NCBI GenBank assembly: GCA_963780855.1
Contig: CAWADF010000008.1
Location: 164,189-228,188 of the forward strand
Source: an uncultured Acidobacteriota bacterium
Lineage (GTDB): Bacteria > Acidobacteriota > Vicinamibacteria > Vicinamibacterales > SCN-69-37
DNA length: 64,000 nt
Direction of reading: 5' to 3'
A program made the translations under genes and the position numbers. The notes beneath the pieces are model-generated. The model ran no database searches. It was not told where the DNA came from and saw nothing but the letters and a program-made list of their open reading frames with translations. Shown one piece after another: positions 19,909 through 30,195 of the stretch (position 1 is the first letter of the stretch; each line of letters starts with the position of its first letter).

Positions 19909-21701
19909 ATGAATCGCATCGAGGACTACGCACTCATCGGCGACATGCAGACGGCGGCGCTCGTCGGCCGCGACGGCTCGATCGACTGGCTGTGCCTGCC
20001 GCACTTCGAGTCGCCCGCTTGCTTCGCCTCGCTCCTCGGCACGCCCGAGCAGGGCCGGTGGCAGATCGCCCCGGCGAACGCCATCCGCGCGGTGCGGCGG
20101 ACCTATCGCGGTGACAGCCTCGTGCTGCAGACCGAGTTCGAGACCGACAGCGGCACGGTGCGCGTGATCGACTGCATGCCGCCGCGTGACGCCAATCCGG
20201 ACGTCGTCCGCGTCGTCGAGGGCGTGAGCGGCGAGGTCCCGATGCACTTCGAGCTGGTGATCCGCTTCGATTACGGCTCGATCGTGCCGTGGGTGCGGCG
20301 CGTGGACGACACGCTACGCGCGATCGGCGGGCCAGACGCGCTGTCGCTCTGGACGCCAATCGAGACGCGCGGCGTCGGACTGACCACGCAGGCCGAGTTC
20401 ACGGTCAAGACGGGGCAATGCGTGCCGTTCGTGCTGACGTGGCACCCGTCGAGCGTCTCCCCGGCGTCGCCCGTCGACGCGCTTGACGCCGTACGCGACA
20501 CCGAGGCCTGGTGGGCGGAGTGGGCCGAATTGTGCACCTACGTGGGTCCATGGCGCGACGCGGTCATGCGATCGGTCATCACGCTCAAGGCGTTGACGTT
20601 CGCGCCGACCGGCGGCATCGTGGCGGCGCCGACGACGTCGCTGCCCGAGTGGCTTGGCGGCATCCGCAACTGGGACTACCGTTACTGCTGGATTCGCGAC
20701 GCGACGTTCACCCTCTACGCGCTGATTTCCTGCGGGTTCCTCGACGAGGCGGAGGCCTGGCGCAACTGGCTCCTGCGCGCCGTCGCCGGCGACCCGTCGA
20801 AGCTGCAGATCATGTACGGCGCGACCGGAACCCGCCGGCTCACCGAGATGGAGCTGCCGTGGCTGTCCGGCTTCGAGGGATCGGCGCCGGTGCGGATCGG
20901 CAACGACGCGTTCAGGCAGCGGCAGCTCGACGTCTTCGGCGAGTTGATGGACGCGCTGCACCTGGCGCGACGGACGGACTCGAGGTCGACGGCGACGTGT
21001 GGAACCTGCAGCGCGCGCTCCTCGATTTCCTCGAGCAGGCCTGGAGCGAGCCGGACGAGGGCATCTGGGAGGTGCGCGGGCCCAAGCGGCACTTCACGCA
21101 CTCGAAGGTGATGGCCTGGGTCGCGTTCGACCGCGGAATCAAGGCCATCGACACCTTCGGTCTCGACGGTCCCCGCGATCGGTGGATGCGCCAGCGCCAG
21201 CAGATCCACACGGAGGTGTGCGCGTCGGCGTTCGACGTACAGCGCAACACGTTCACGCAGTCCTACGGGTCGCACCATCTCGACGCCAGCCTGCTCATCA
21301 TTCCGCTCGTCGGCTTCCTGCCGGTCGAGGACCCGCGCGTCGTCGGCACGGTGAAGGCGATCGAGCGCGAGCTGATGCAGGATGGGTTCGTCCGGCGATA
21401 CCTGACCGACGAGGGCGGCCACGTCGATGGCGTGGGCGGCCAGGAAGGGATGTTCCTGCCGTGCACGTTCTGGCTGGCCGACACTTACGTCCTGCAGGGC
21501 CGCCACGATCGCGCTCGCGAGCTCTTCGAACGGGTGGTGGCGGTCGCGAATGACGTCGGCCTGCTGGCCGAGCAGTACGACCCGCGGGCCCGGCGGCAGC
21601 TCGGCAACTTTCCGCAGGCGTTCTCTCACGTGTCGCTGATCAACACGGCCCACAACCTGGCGCGACCGGCTGGGCCGGCCAAAGACCGCACCGGCGCATG
21701 A
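19909..21701 (+). pseudogene. Glycoside hydrolase family 15 (glucoamylase/trehalase-type); one frame break near 20965
   Basis: Track ORFs 19909..21111 and 20511..21701 join at ..FGELMDALHLAR / GLEVDGDVWNLQRALLDF.. Motifs are IEDYALIGDMQTAALVGRDGSIDWLCLPHFESPACFASLLG, WDYRYCWIRDATFTLYAL and LLAEQYDPRARRQLGNFPQAFSHVSLINTA. The break behaves as one missing base or two extra bases. Confidence 0.85.
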
Positions 21702-22978
21702 GTCCCTTCAACACCGCGGCCATCCTCCTGGCGATCGCGGCGCTGGCGGGGTACCTCAATGTCCGCTTCCTGCGCCTGCCGCACACGAGCGGGACGCTGG
21801 TCGTCGCCCTCGCCAGCTCGGTCGCCGTCGTCGTCGCCGATTTCATCTTTCCTGAGGTCCGCCTGCAGGCGGTCGTATCGAACTTCCTGACGGACATCGA
21901 CTTCAACAAGACGTTGATGGGCGGCATGCTGTGCTTCCTGCTGTTTGCGGGCGCGCTTCACGTCGACCTCACCGGGCTCATCGAGAACCGGGGCATCATC
22001 GCGGCGCTCGCGACCGTGAGTGTCGCGCTCTCGACCGCGGTGCTCGGCAGCCTCGCGTGGGCCGCCTTTCACCTCGTTGGCATCAACGTGCCGCTGATCA
22101 CCTGCTTCGTCCTCGGCGCGCTGCTGTCGCCGACGGATCCGATAGCGGTCATGGGCCTGCTGCGCGAGCTCGGCGCGCCGCGCCGTCTCGAGGCGCAGAT
22201 CGCGGGCGAGTCGCTCTTCAACGACGGGATCGGCGTGGTCGTGTTCTTTGGCATCCTGTCGGTGGCGGGTTTCGTGCCGCCGGAGGGTGGCGGGCCGATC
22301 AATACCGAGGCGACCGGGCTGGTGCGATTCTTCCTTCGCGAAGTCCTGGGTGGCGTCGGCCTGGGACTGGCGCTTGGATATGCGGGCTTTCGCGCGCTGA
22401 AGAGCATCGACGATCACGCCGTCGAGCTGCTGATTACGCTGGCGCTCGTGATGTTCACATATTCGGTGTCGTTCGCGATCGACGTCTCCGGACCGATCGC
22501 GGTGGTCGTCGCGGGCCTGCTGATCGGCAATCCCGGTCGGGCGCTCGCGATGAGCAAGCGCACGCGCGAACACGTCGACGCGTTCTGGAGCATGCTCGAC
22601 GCCGTCCTCAACTCGGTGCTCTTTCTGCTGCTCGGCCTCGAAATCTTCGCCGTGCCGACCGGCCCCCGGATCGTCCTCGCCGCGCTGTGCGTGGTGCCCA
22701 TCGCCCTGCTGGCCCGCGCGATTTCGGTGGCGCCGCCCGTCGCGTGGATGCGCTTCCGGCACCGATCGCCGCCCGGCCTGCTGCCGGTGCTGACCTGGAG
22801 CGGCCTGCGCGGCGGCATCTCCGTGGCGATGGTGCTCTCGCTGCCGCCGTTTGCCGACAAGCCGCTGCTGCTCGCCGCGACCTACGCGGTGGTGGTGTTC
22901 TCGATTGTCGTGCAGGGTCTGACGATGCGACGGCTGCTCACCTACTACGGGATTGGGCGGGAGCCCCGTCCGGCGTAG
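21698..22978 (+). CDS. Na+/H+ antiporter (CPA1 / NhaP-type)
   Basis: Track ORF 21698..22978(+), 426 aa, intact. The ATG overlaps the GH15 stop (ATGA). The protein is polytopic: MSPFNTAAILLAIAALAGYLNVRFLRLPHTSGTLVVALASS... ..LTWSGLRGGISVAMVLSLP.. Confidence 0.85.
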   Translation: MSPFNTAAILLAIAALAGYLNVRFLRLPHTSGTLVVALASSVAVVVADFIFPEVRLQAVVSNFLTDIDFNKTLMGGMLCFLLFAGALHVDLTGLIENRGIIAALATVSVALSTAVLGSLAWAAFHLVGINVPLITCFVLGALLSPTDPIAVMGLLRELGAPRRLEAQIAGESLFNDGIGVVVFFGILSVAGFVPPEGGGPINTEATGLVRFFLREVLGGVGLGLALGYAGFRALKSIDDHAVELLITLALVMFTYSVSFAIDVSGPIAVVVAGLLIGNPGRALAMSKRTREHVDAFWSMLDAVLNSVLFLLLGLEIFAVPTGPRIVLAALCVVPIALLARAISVAPPVAWMRFRHRSPPGLLPVLTWSGLRGGISVAMVLSLPPFADKPLLLAATYAVVVFSIVVQGLTMRRLLTYYGIGREPRPA

Positions 22979-24389
22979 CCGCCGGCAGCGTCAGCTCGAA
23001 TGTCGATCCCTCGCCCGGCGTGCTGGTGACGTCGGCGTGGCCGCCGTGGGCCGTGGCGATGGCGCGCACGAGGCTCAGACCGAGGCCCAGGCCCTGCTCG
23101 GACCGGCTGGCATCGCCGCGGTAGAGGCGATCCCAGATGCGCGGAAGATCCGCGGCCGGGATGCCGGCGCCCGTGTCCGTCACGCGGATCGTCACCAGCT
23201 CCGCCCCGCGCTGCCGGGCGGCGATCGTCACGCGTCCGCCCGCGCCGGTGTACTTCAGCGCGTTGTCCACCAGGTTGGCGATGGCCTGGCGCAGGCGCTG
23301 CCGATCCGCCTGGACGCGCAGGTCGTCCGGGACCTCTGACATGAGCGCGATGCCCCGATCGTCCGCGGTGTCTTCATACAGCTCGATCGTCTCGCCGGCG
23401 ATTTCCGCCACCGACACCGGTTCGAGCGCGAGCTTCATCGTGCCGGTCTGGGCTTCCGAGATGTCCATGAGCGTCGACGAGCAGGCCGATCACGCGGTCG
23501 GCCTCTTCGACGCAGTCGGCCAGGGCGGCGCGCGCGGCAACGACGTCCGCGGGGCCCGCGAGCGCCGCTTCGGCCTTGGCCCGCAGGCGCGCGATGGGCG
23601 TGCGCAGATCGTGCGCGACGTTGTCGAGCGCGCCGCTCATGCCTTCGACGAGCGTCTCGATGCGCGTGACCATCTGGTTGAACACGCCGCTCAGCTCGTC
23701 CACGAGATCGCCGTCGGGCGATCGCACGGGGACGCGCGCGCTCAGCTGACCGGTGCGCGCGATCGTGTGCACGGCGTCGCGCAGCTCGCGCAGGGGCCGC
23801 AGCGCCTGGTGGGTGATCGCGGCGCCGCCCACGAGCCCGACGGCCACGACGACGACGACGAGCAGGCCGAACAGTCGCGGACGTCGCCGAGCAGGCGATC
23901 GCGTCCGATCGTCGTGCGGCCGACCTGAATGATCGTCCCGTCGCTCAGGGCGCGCGAGACCAGCTCCAGCGTCACCGGACTCGACGCCGACGGCACCGTG
24001 CGCCAGGTCTCATCGTTGGCGGCGGGCGCGTCGTCGAAGCCGGCCGAACTGGAACGGCGGCCACGAAGACGGGGCGCTGACGAGCAGCACGTCGGCGGTG
24101 GGCGCGACGAGGCGGACGAGCACGGAATCGGGATCGCCCGACGCGCGCTCGGCGCCGACGGCCTGCGACAGCGCGCGCAACCCGCCGGACTCGTAGCGGG
24201 CGGCATACTCGGCGAGCTTCACGTGGAGCAGGTCGTGGTCGCGGCGCTCGAGCGACGCGGCCAGCAGGCCGATAGCCGACGACGCCGACGAGCACGGCCG
24301 AGATGACGAACACGGCCGCGTACCACGCCGCCACGCGGAGTCCCGAGCGCGCCGCCCATCCAGCTCGAGGTCAGCGCCGGGCCGTTCAT
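22938..24389 (-). pseudogene. Sensor histidine kinase (CusS/heavy-metal-sensor-like architecture: TM-periplasmic-TM-HAMP-HisKA-HATPase); five frame breaks
   Basis: Joined from minus-strand track ORFs 24219..24770 (tail, [14 protein letters not shown]), 23972..24334 ([23 protein letters not shown]), 24010..24744 ([25 protein letters not shown]..), 23742..24206 (..TLELVSRALSDGTIIQVGRTTIGRDRLLGDVR), 23374..23847 (HAMP + H-box NVAHDLRTPIARL) and 22938..23468 (DNALKYTGAGGRVTI..VTDTGAGIPAADLPRIWDRLYRGD..GLGLGLSLV). The 3' end overlaps the NhaP gene by 41 nt (convergent). Confidence 0.8.
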
Positions 24390-25079
24390 CACTCGGGCAC
24401 AGCCTGCGCCGACGAGGACGTAGCCCATGCCGCGGCGCGTCTGCAGGAGCTTCGGCTCGAAGTCGCGATCGATCTTCTCGCGCAGCCGGCACACGAGCAC
24501 GTCGACGACGTTCGTGCGCGGATCGAACGTGTAGTTCCAGATGCGCGACAGGATCATCGTCTTCGACACGACCTGGCCGGCGTGCCGGGCGAGGAACTCG
24601 AGCAGCGCGAACTCGCGCGGCCGGAGGTCGATGGCCTGGCCGCCGCGCGTCACCGCCGCGAGAGCAGGTCGATGCGCAGATCGCCGACGTCCAGGTGCGT
24701 CGGCTCGGCTCGATCCGGTCGTCGCGCCGGAGGACCGCCTGCACGCGCGCCAGCAGCTCGGCGAACGCAAACGGCTTGGTCAGGTAGTCGTCGCCGCCGA
24801 TCTGCAGGCCCGCGCACGCGATCGTCCACCGATCGCTTCGCGCTCAGGATGATGACCGGCATCGTCAGGCCGCGCCGACGGAGGGCCTCGATCAGCGAGA
24901 AGCCGTCGAGCTCGGGCAGCATGATGTCCACGATCGCCAGGTCCGGCCGATGCCCGACCGCCAGATCGAGACCGCGCCTGCCGTCGGCGGCGACGTCGAC
25001 GGCGTACCCGGCTTCGCGCAGCGCCGTCGGAGACGAACGCCGCCAGGGTCGGATCGTCTTCGACGACCAGAATGCGCAT
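24389..25079 (-). pseudogene. OmpR-family response regulator; five frame breaks
   Basis: ATG 25079 gives MRILVVEDDPTLAAFVS. The protein continues in other frames as [69 protein letters not shown], then [25 protein letters not shown], then [17 protein letters not shown], then [80 protein letters not shown]. The likely native stop TGATGA at 24386-24391 overlaps the kinase ATG. Confidence 0.8.
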
Positions 25080-25200
25080 GGCGGCCTCAGGCTCGATCAT
25101 GGCCACGCTCGCGGATAGGAGACGAACGACAAGAGCACCGCGAGAGGCTGACCGCCATTGTACCTGCGGTCAACCCCTCGGGTGCGGCGCGGGCAGCGCT

Positions 25201-26671
25201 CTACTTGGTGGGCAGCGCGACGTAGAACCGCTGCGCTCCGCGCACGACGGCGGCCAGGACCGGACGGTCGTGGTGGCTCGACAGGATGTCGCGCACCTGC
25301 GACGGCGAGGTCACTGCCTGACCGTTCAACTGGGTCAGCACATCGCCCGACTGGATGCCCGCGTGAGCGGCGGCGCCGGACGGATCGATGTCGGTGACCG
25401 CCACGCCGCTCGTGCCGCGCGGCAGGTTGAGCCGCGAAGAGAGCGCCGGCGTCAGGGCTTCCAGCGTCATGCCCAGGTCGCTCGATCCGGACGCCGGACT
25501 GGCCGGCCGGGCGTTCTCCTCAGGCATCTCGCCGAGGGTCGCCGTCAGCTGCCTGTTCTCGCCCTTGCGGAACACGTCGAGCGTCACGTTCGTGCCGGGC
25601 GCGAGCGCGCTCACGCGATTGCGCAGGCTGTTCGAGTTGTCGATCGCCTGGCCGTTGACCTTCAGGATGACGTCACCCTGCTCGAGGCCGGCCTTCGACG
25701 CCGGGCTGTCCGTGTTCACCTGATCGACAATCGCGCCCTGCACGGTGGAGAGCCCGAGGCTCTGCGCCATGTCGGAATTCACGGCCTGGACCGTCACGCC
25801 CAGCATGCCGCGACGCACGTGGCCCGTCGAGACGAGCTGCGTCATGACGTTCTGCGCCATGTTCGACGGGATCGCGAAGCCGATGCCGATGTTGCCGCCC
25901 GACGGCGACATGATCTGCGAGTTGATGCCGACCAGCTCGCCGTCGGTCGTCACGAGCGCGCCGCCGGAGTTGCCGCGGTTGATCGGCGCGTCCGTCTGAA
26001 TGAAGTCCTCGTAGGACGAGTTCGTCGCCGAGAGTGGTCTCACGGCCCTTGGCGCTGACGATCCCCATCGTCACGGTCTCGCCGACATTCAGCGGGTTGC
26101 CGACGGCCAGGACGACGTCACCAACGCGGAGCCGATCGGAGTTGGCCACGGGCACGGTCGGCAGACCCGTCGCGTCGATATGCACGACGGCCAGATCCGT
26201 TGGCGGATCGGTGCCGACGACCTTGGCCTGGAAGCGGCGGCCGTCAGCGAGCTGCACCGACACACGGTCGGCGCTCTCGACGACATGGTTGTTGGTGACG
26301 ATGTTGCCGTCGGTCGTCAGGATGACGCCCGACCCGAGGCCTTCCTCGCGCGGCGCCGGCATCTGTCGGCGCTGCGGCATGTTGGGACCGAAGAAGTACT
26401 GGAAGAAGCCGTCATCGGGGATCATTCCGGCGGGATTCATCTGCCCGCGCTTTTCGACTTCGATGGTCACCACCGCCGGCATGACCTTGCTCACGGCGTC
26501 GGCATAGGACGCGGTGGCGAGGGGCGCCACGGTGGAGGTTGCCGGAGCCGTCGCCTTCGAGGGTGCCGCATTCGGCGTCGCGGCGCTGTACGCCAGAGCC
26601 GACGCCGCCACCACGGCGCCGACCACCAGCGGCGCCCCGAGTCGGCGCCCGAAGAATGTTGAAAATCTCAT
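25201..26671 (-). pseudogene. htrA: HtrA/DegP-family periplasmic serine protease with two PDZ domains; one frame break near 26035
   Basis: Track ORFs 25673..26803 (real from ATG 26671, RBS GGAGG; MRFSTFFGRRLGAPLVVGAVVAASALA; ..GSGVILTTDGNIVTNNHVV..DLAVVHID..) and 25201..26043 (..[28 protein letters not shown].. plus two PDZ blocks). The junction is at ..IVSAKGRET / [11 protein letters not shown].. Confidence 0.85.
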
Positions 26672-26780
26672 AATCTGTTGCCTCCCAAGCGGGCGTCTGT
26701 CTCGCCCTGTTGGTAGTGACGACAGCCGGGGTTGCAGGGCCCTTACAGGAACATGACATCGATGAAAGGTTGGCCTGGCG

Positions 26781-27215
26781 CTAGCGGGCGCGGCGGAACG
26801 CATCCCGGACGGCCCGGCTGAGCAGGTAGGCGATCAGCGCGCCGCCAATCGGCAGGCCGATGAGCGTCCGCAGGTCTCCGCGAACGACGGCATTGGCGGT
26901 GTCGCCGATCAGGTTGGCGGCCAGCAGGGCGATGGCCGCCTGGCGTCCCCACGACGCGCGCGTCCGGATTCCGACGGCGACCGTCGCGCACGCGGCGGAT
27001 ACCGCGATCATGAGCAGAGCGCCCCATGGCGCGATCGCCAGCAGGTTCAGCTTCGCGTCGGGATTCAGGCGCCAAATCTCGTCGAGCGCCGACTGCGGAA
27101 AGAGCAGCGCCGCCGCCGCGAGTCCGGCCATGCTCGCGCCGAACACGAAGAACGCGGTCATCGCGGTGAGACCCGCGGACCGCCGCGGTGGCTCGGGCGC
27201 CATCGTGGCCGGCAT
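26781..27215 (-). CDS. Hypothetical integral membrane protein (about four TM segments)
   Basis: Track ORF 26781..27215(-), 144 aa. Hydrophobic segments are MTAFFVFGASMAGLAAAALLF, LLAIAPWGALLMIAVSAACATVAV, AAIALLAANLIGDTA and LIGLPIGGALIAYLL. No family was recognised. The start is ambiguous (27215, 27203 or 27161). Confidence 0.55.
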   Translation of the reverse strand: MPATMAPEPPRRSAGLTAMTAFFVFGASMAGLAAAALLFPQSALDEIWRLNPDAKLNLLAIAPWGALLMIAVSAACATVAVGIRTRASWGRQAAIALLAANLIGDTANAVVRGDLRTLIGLPIGGALIAYLLSRAVRDAFRRAR

Positions 27216-27238
27216 GCTACCATCCGGCGCCAGTCGTC

Positions 27239-27472
27239 ATGCCGGTGGCCTTCGACGCTTCGAGCCGTCCGCCCGATCCCGAGTGCCCGGAGTGCGGCGC
27301 GACGCTGTCGTACGTCGAGACCGAGCCGTCAGCGTCCGGCGCGTTCCGAACGCAGGCCGAATCGATGGCGAAAATGGCGATTCACTTCTACGACTGCCCG
27401 GAGTGCGGGATGTGCTGGAAGCTCGGCACGAAGCTCATGCCCGATCCGGTGCGCCAGACTCTGAAAGGCTGA
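27239..27472 (+). CDS. Small zinc-ribbon protein (two CPxCG knuckles), 77 aa
   Basis: In-frame ATG 27239 within track ORF 27188..27472(+), giving MPVAFDASSRPPDPECPECGATLSYVETEPSASGAFRTQAESMAKMAIHFYDCPECGMCWKLGTKLMPDPVRQTLKG. It is divergent from the membrane-protein gene. Confidence 0.5.
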   Translation: MPVAFDASSRPPDPECPECGATLSYVETEPSASGAFRTQAESMAKMAIHFYDCPECGMCWKLGTKLMPDPVRQTLKG

Positions 27473-27536
27473 ACGGCGGCCGCGGATCCTCGCGCCCGCC
27501 GGAATCACCCCCGATCCGATCGACACCGTGCGCCCG

Positions 27537-28607
27537 CTATCCGCCTTTGCGCTTCTGGAAATACACCGCGCGAAGCGCCTCGATGAATCGCGCGTCCACC
27601 AGGCCGGGGGGATTGCCCTGATAGTTCAAGCCCTTGTCGGTGCGGAACTTGTCCACGGCCGCGATCGCTTCGTCGTCGTACACGTTGAAGTCGGCGGGCG
27701 GCTGATCCGGGAAAGCCGCGAGCGTCGGCCGCCAGTAGCCGAGGGCGTGGAGCATGCGCTTGAGCTCGACGACGTCCGGCCCTTGGACACGGGAGAAGGA
27801 CCGATACCCGAGTCGCCGTCCCGTCGTGAGGTAGATCCGCTTCAGCTCGGCGACGGGATCCGGGTGTTCGCCGACTTCAATGGCGAGCGCGATGTGGTCG
27901 TTCCCGCGGCCCGGGTTGTTCGGGTCGGCGATCTTGATGGCGGCCGACTGCAGGTTGCCCCAGCGGCGGTCGCCGCCCTTCGCATAGCCGGCTTCGAGCG
28001 CGAGAATCATGCGCTCCGCCAGGGCCATGCCAGTGCCCGCGGTCGCGTCCATGGACGCAGACACGGCGTCGAGCACTTCCGGTCCGACCATGATGTTGGC
28101 CTGCGTCGTGTAGTTGGCGCCCTGGCGGCTGCCGGCCCAGTTGCCGTTCTGCTTGCCGGTGTGGGCGGCCGTGCGACCCTTCATGTCGATGATGCCGACC
28201 TGCCGGTTCTCGCGCATCGTGTCGTTGGCGAGCAGCTGCTCGAGCGCGTCGGCGGGCGCGACGCCTTTCTCGAGCAGGTCGAGTCCGCGCGGGCCGTATT
28301 CCACGACGGTTGACGCCTGCGTGCAGACGGCGCCGACGCCCGCGCGCACGTGCGGCACCGCGCGGCCGACGAACGGCACGCGCGTCGTCACCGCGGCGCC
28401 GGACTGGCCGGTCGCCGGGTCGATCGCGCAGATCGAAAACGTCGAATACTGCGGCAGGCCTTCGTCATTCAGCGTGACACCGTCGTAGGCGACGCGCTGT
28501 TGGGCGGTCACGGCAGCCGACGCCGCGATCAGGGCCGACGCGGCCAGCACCACTGACGTGCACCACAGAAGAGGTGGGATCCGGCGGGTCATCGAGCTAT
28601 CCTCCAC
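27537..28607 (-). CDS. DUF1028-family (Ntn-hydrolase-fold) protein fused to a C-terminal peptidoglycan-binding-like domain, secreted
   Basis: Track ORF 27537..28607(-). Signal is MTRRIPPLLWCTSVVLAASALIAASAAVTA. The DUF1028-like start is TFSICAIDPATGQSGAAVTTRVPFVGRAVPHVRAGVGAVCTQA. The C-terminus ..VVELKRMLHALGYWRPTLAAF..YDDEAIAAVDKFRTDKGLNYQG.. resembles PG_binding_1. Confidence 0.65.
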   Translation of the reverse strand: MEDSSMTRRIPPLLWCTSVVLAASALIAASAAVTAQQRVAYDGVTLNDEGLPQYSTFSICAIDPATGQSGAAVTTRVPFVGRAVPHVRAGVGAVCTQASTVVEYGPRGLDLLEKGVAPADALEQLLANDTMRENRQVGIIDMKGRTAAHTGKQNGNWAGSRQGANYTTQANIMVGPEVLDAVSASMDATAGTGMALAERMILALEAGYAKGGDRRWGNLQSAAIKIADPNNPGRGNDHIALAIEVGEHPDPVAELKRIYLTTGRRLGYRSFSRVQGPDVVELKRMLHALGYWRPTLAAFPDQPPADFNVYDDEAIAAVDKFRTDKGLNYQGNPPGLVDARFIEALRAVYFQKRKGG

Positions 28608-30126
28608 AGTAGTTGCCGGTGAAATCGCGGCAGCGTTCGAGCTTGAACGCCGGATCGACCGCGGGCGCCTGGTCCGCCTCGCCGACGCGCCGGCCCGTCG
28701 CGTACATCCAGCGCGTCATCTTCGCCAGCTTCGCGATGTCGATGCGATCCGGGTTGTCGAACGGCGTGTGATAGTCGGGATGGAGCAGCGTCGAGAAGAA
28801 GATCGCCGGCACGCCCGCGCGCGCGTAGGGCAGGTGATCGCTCCGGTAGTACCAGCCTTCACGATGATTCGGGTCGTCCCATGACGAGTCCACGGTGAAC
28901 TTCGTGACCGCGTCGTTGGCGTCGAGCGCCATCTGGACCAGCTCGGGCGAATTGCGGTGCGGCGGCAGCGCGCCCAGCAGCGCGGCGGTCGAGGGATCGT
29001 TGCGGCCAATCAGGTCGCCGTTGAGGCAGGCGACGATCGACGCGAGCGGGACAATCGGGTGCTTGACGTACCAGCGGGACCCCATCAGCCCGCGCTCTTC
29101 CGACCCGTGCCAGATGAACAGCGCCGATCGCCGCATGGGCGCCGCAGACACCGCGCGGCCGATCGCGAGCAGCGCGACGGCGGTCGAGGCGTTGTCGTCC
29201 GCGCCGTTCCAGATGTCGTCGCCGTCGACGGCATACCGTTCGCCGTCGTGATCCTGGTGCGCGCTGAACAGGACATACTGGCTCGCGAGCGCCGGGTCCC
29301 GTCCCGGGACCTTCGCGATGACGTTGACCGACGGGTATTGAAAGCTGTCGGTGAAGATCGACGCCACGAGCCGCGCGTCTGCGGCCAACGGTCCGTCGAG
29401 AGCGGACTCGCGCACGTACAGGAGCGGCACGCCCTTCGGCGCAATCCGTTGATCGGCCGTGCCGTCCGGATCGAGCGCGTACGATCCGCGCGGGAACGTA
29501 ATCGCCGTGCGATCCCACTGGTCCCTGTACTCGTCCGGCACGAGCACCACGACGGCCGCCGGGTGCAATGGCGTGGCCGTTCGCAGCACGTTGCGCGCCC
29601 AGGTGCGCAGGGCGGGCGCCGCATTTGGCGACCTCTGGCTCGGCACGGCGGCGGCCGTCGCGCCGGGCAGCGGTTCGTAGCGGACCACCAGCGTCTTGCC
29701 GCTCAGGTCCGCCGAGCCTGCGGACGCGCTGACGTCGCTTCTCGCGATTGGCGCGTCCACGTCGGCGAGCACCACGTTGTCGGGAATGACGTCGCGACCC
29801 ATGCGGAGCGCCTTCCCGCCAAGCGACACCGGCGAGCTGGCCGAGACGCGAAATCGCTCGAGCGGAAAGAACTGGAAGTAGGTGCCGTTCTCGCCGGCCG
29901 GCTGGAGTCCCGCCTCGCGCGCGCGCTCGGCGACCCAGACCGACGCCGTCATTTCGTCCAGCGTGCCGCCCTCGCGGCCTCGCATGGCGTCACCGGCGAG
30001 CGTGAAGAGGTCGGCTTTCAGGTCGGCTTCCCGAATGTGATCGATGGGATCCGGCCGTTGCGCGCCACCGGTGCTGGCCGCGGCCGCGACGATCGCGACG
30101 ATGAGCAGGGAACGGATGAGTCGCAT
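28597..30126 (-). CDS. Peptidase family M28 (aminopeptidase with protease-associated insert), secreted
   Basis: Track ORF 28597..30126(-), 509 aa. Signal is MRLIRSLLIVAIVAAAASTGGAQ. M28-like blocks are ..VLFSAHQDHDGE.., ..GADDNASTAVALLAIGRA.., ..FIWHGSEERGLMGSRWY.. and ..YYRSDHLPYARAGVPAIFF.. It overlaps the downstream DUF1028 gene by 11 nt. Confidence 0.8.
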   Translation of the reverse strand: MRLIRSLLIVAIVAAAASTGGAQRPDPIDHIREADLKADLFTLAGDAMRGREGGTLDEMTASVWVAERAREAGLQPAGENGTYFQFFPLERFRVSASSPVSLGGKALRMGRDVIPDNVVLADVDAPIARSDVSASAGSADLSGKTLVVRYEPLPGATAAAVPSQRSPNAAPALRTWARNVLRTATPLHPAAVVVLVPDEYRDQWDRTAITFPRGSYALDPDGTADQRIAPKGVPLLYVRESALDGPLAADARLVASIFTDSFQYPSVNVIAKVPGRDPALASQYVLFSAHQDHDGERYAVDGDDIWNGADDNASTAVALLAIGRAVSAAPMRRSALFIWHGSEERGLMGSRWYVKHPIVPLASIVACLNGDLIGRNDPSTAALLGALPPHRNSPELVQMALDANDAVTKFTVDSSWDDPNHREGWYYRSDHLPYARAGVPAIFFSTLLHPDYHTPFDNPDRIDIAKLAKMTRWMYATGRRVGEADQAPAVDPAFKLERCRDFTGNYCGG

Positions 30127-30195
30127 GCCGGCATGCTACCGCATCGGCGGCGGGGTGACGCGTCGCGGCCGGGCGCTCTGCTACAGTCGAAAGCC

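Noticed and set aside
22938-22978. The 41-nt convergent overlap of the NhaP and histidine-kinase ORFs as a possible antisense regulatory arrangement.
   Set aside because: The kinase C-terminal tail after ..GSTFELTLP is low-complexity and may simply run on until the first chance stop. The overlap is more likely an ORF-end artefact in GC-rich DNA.
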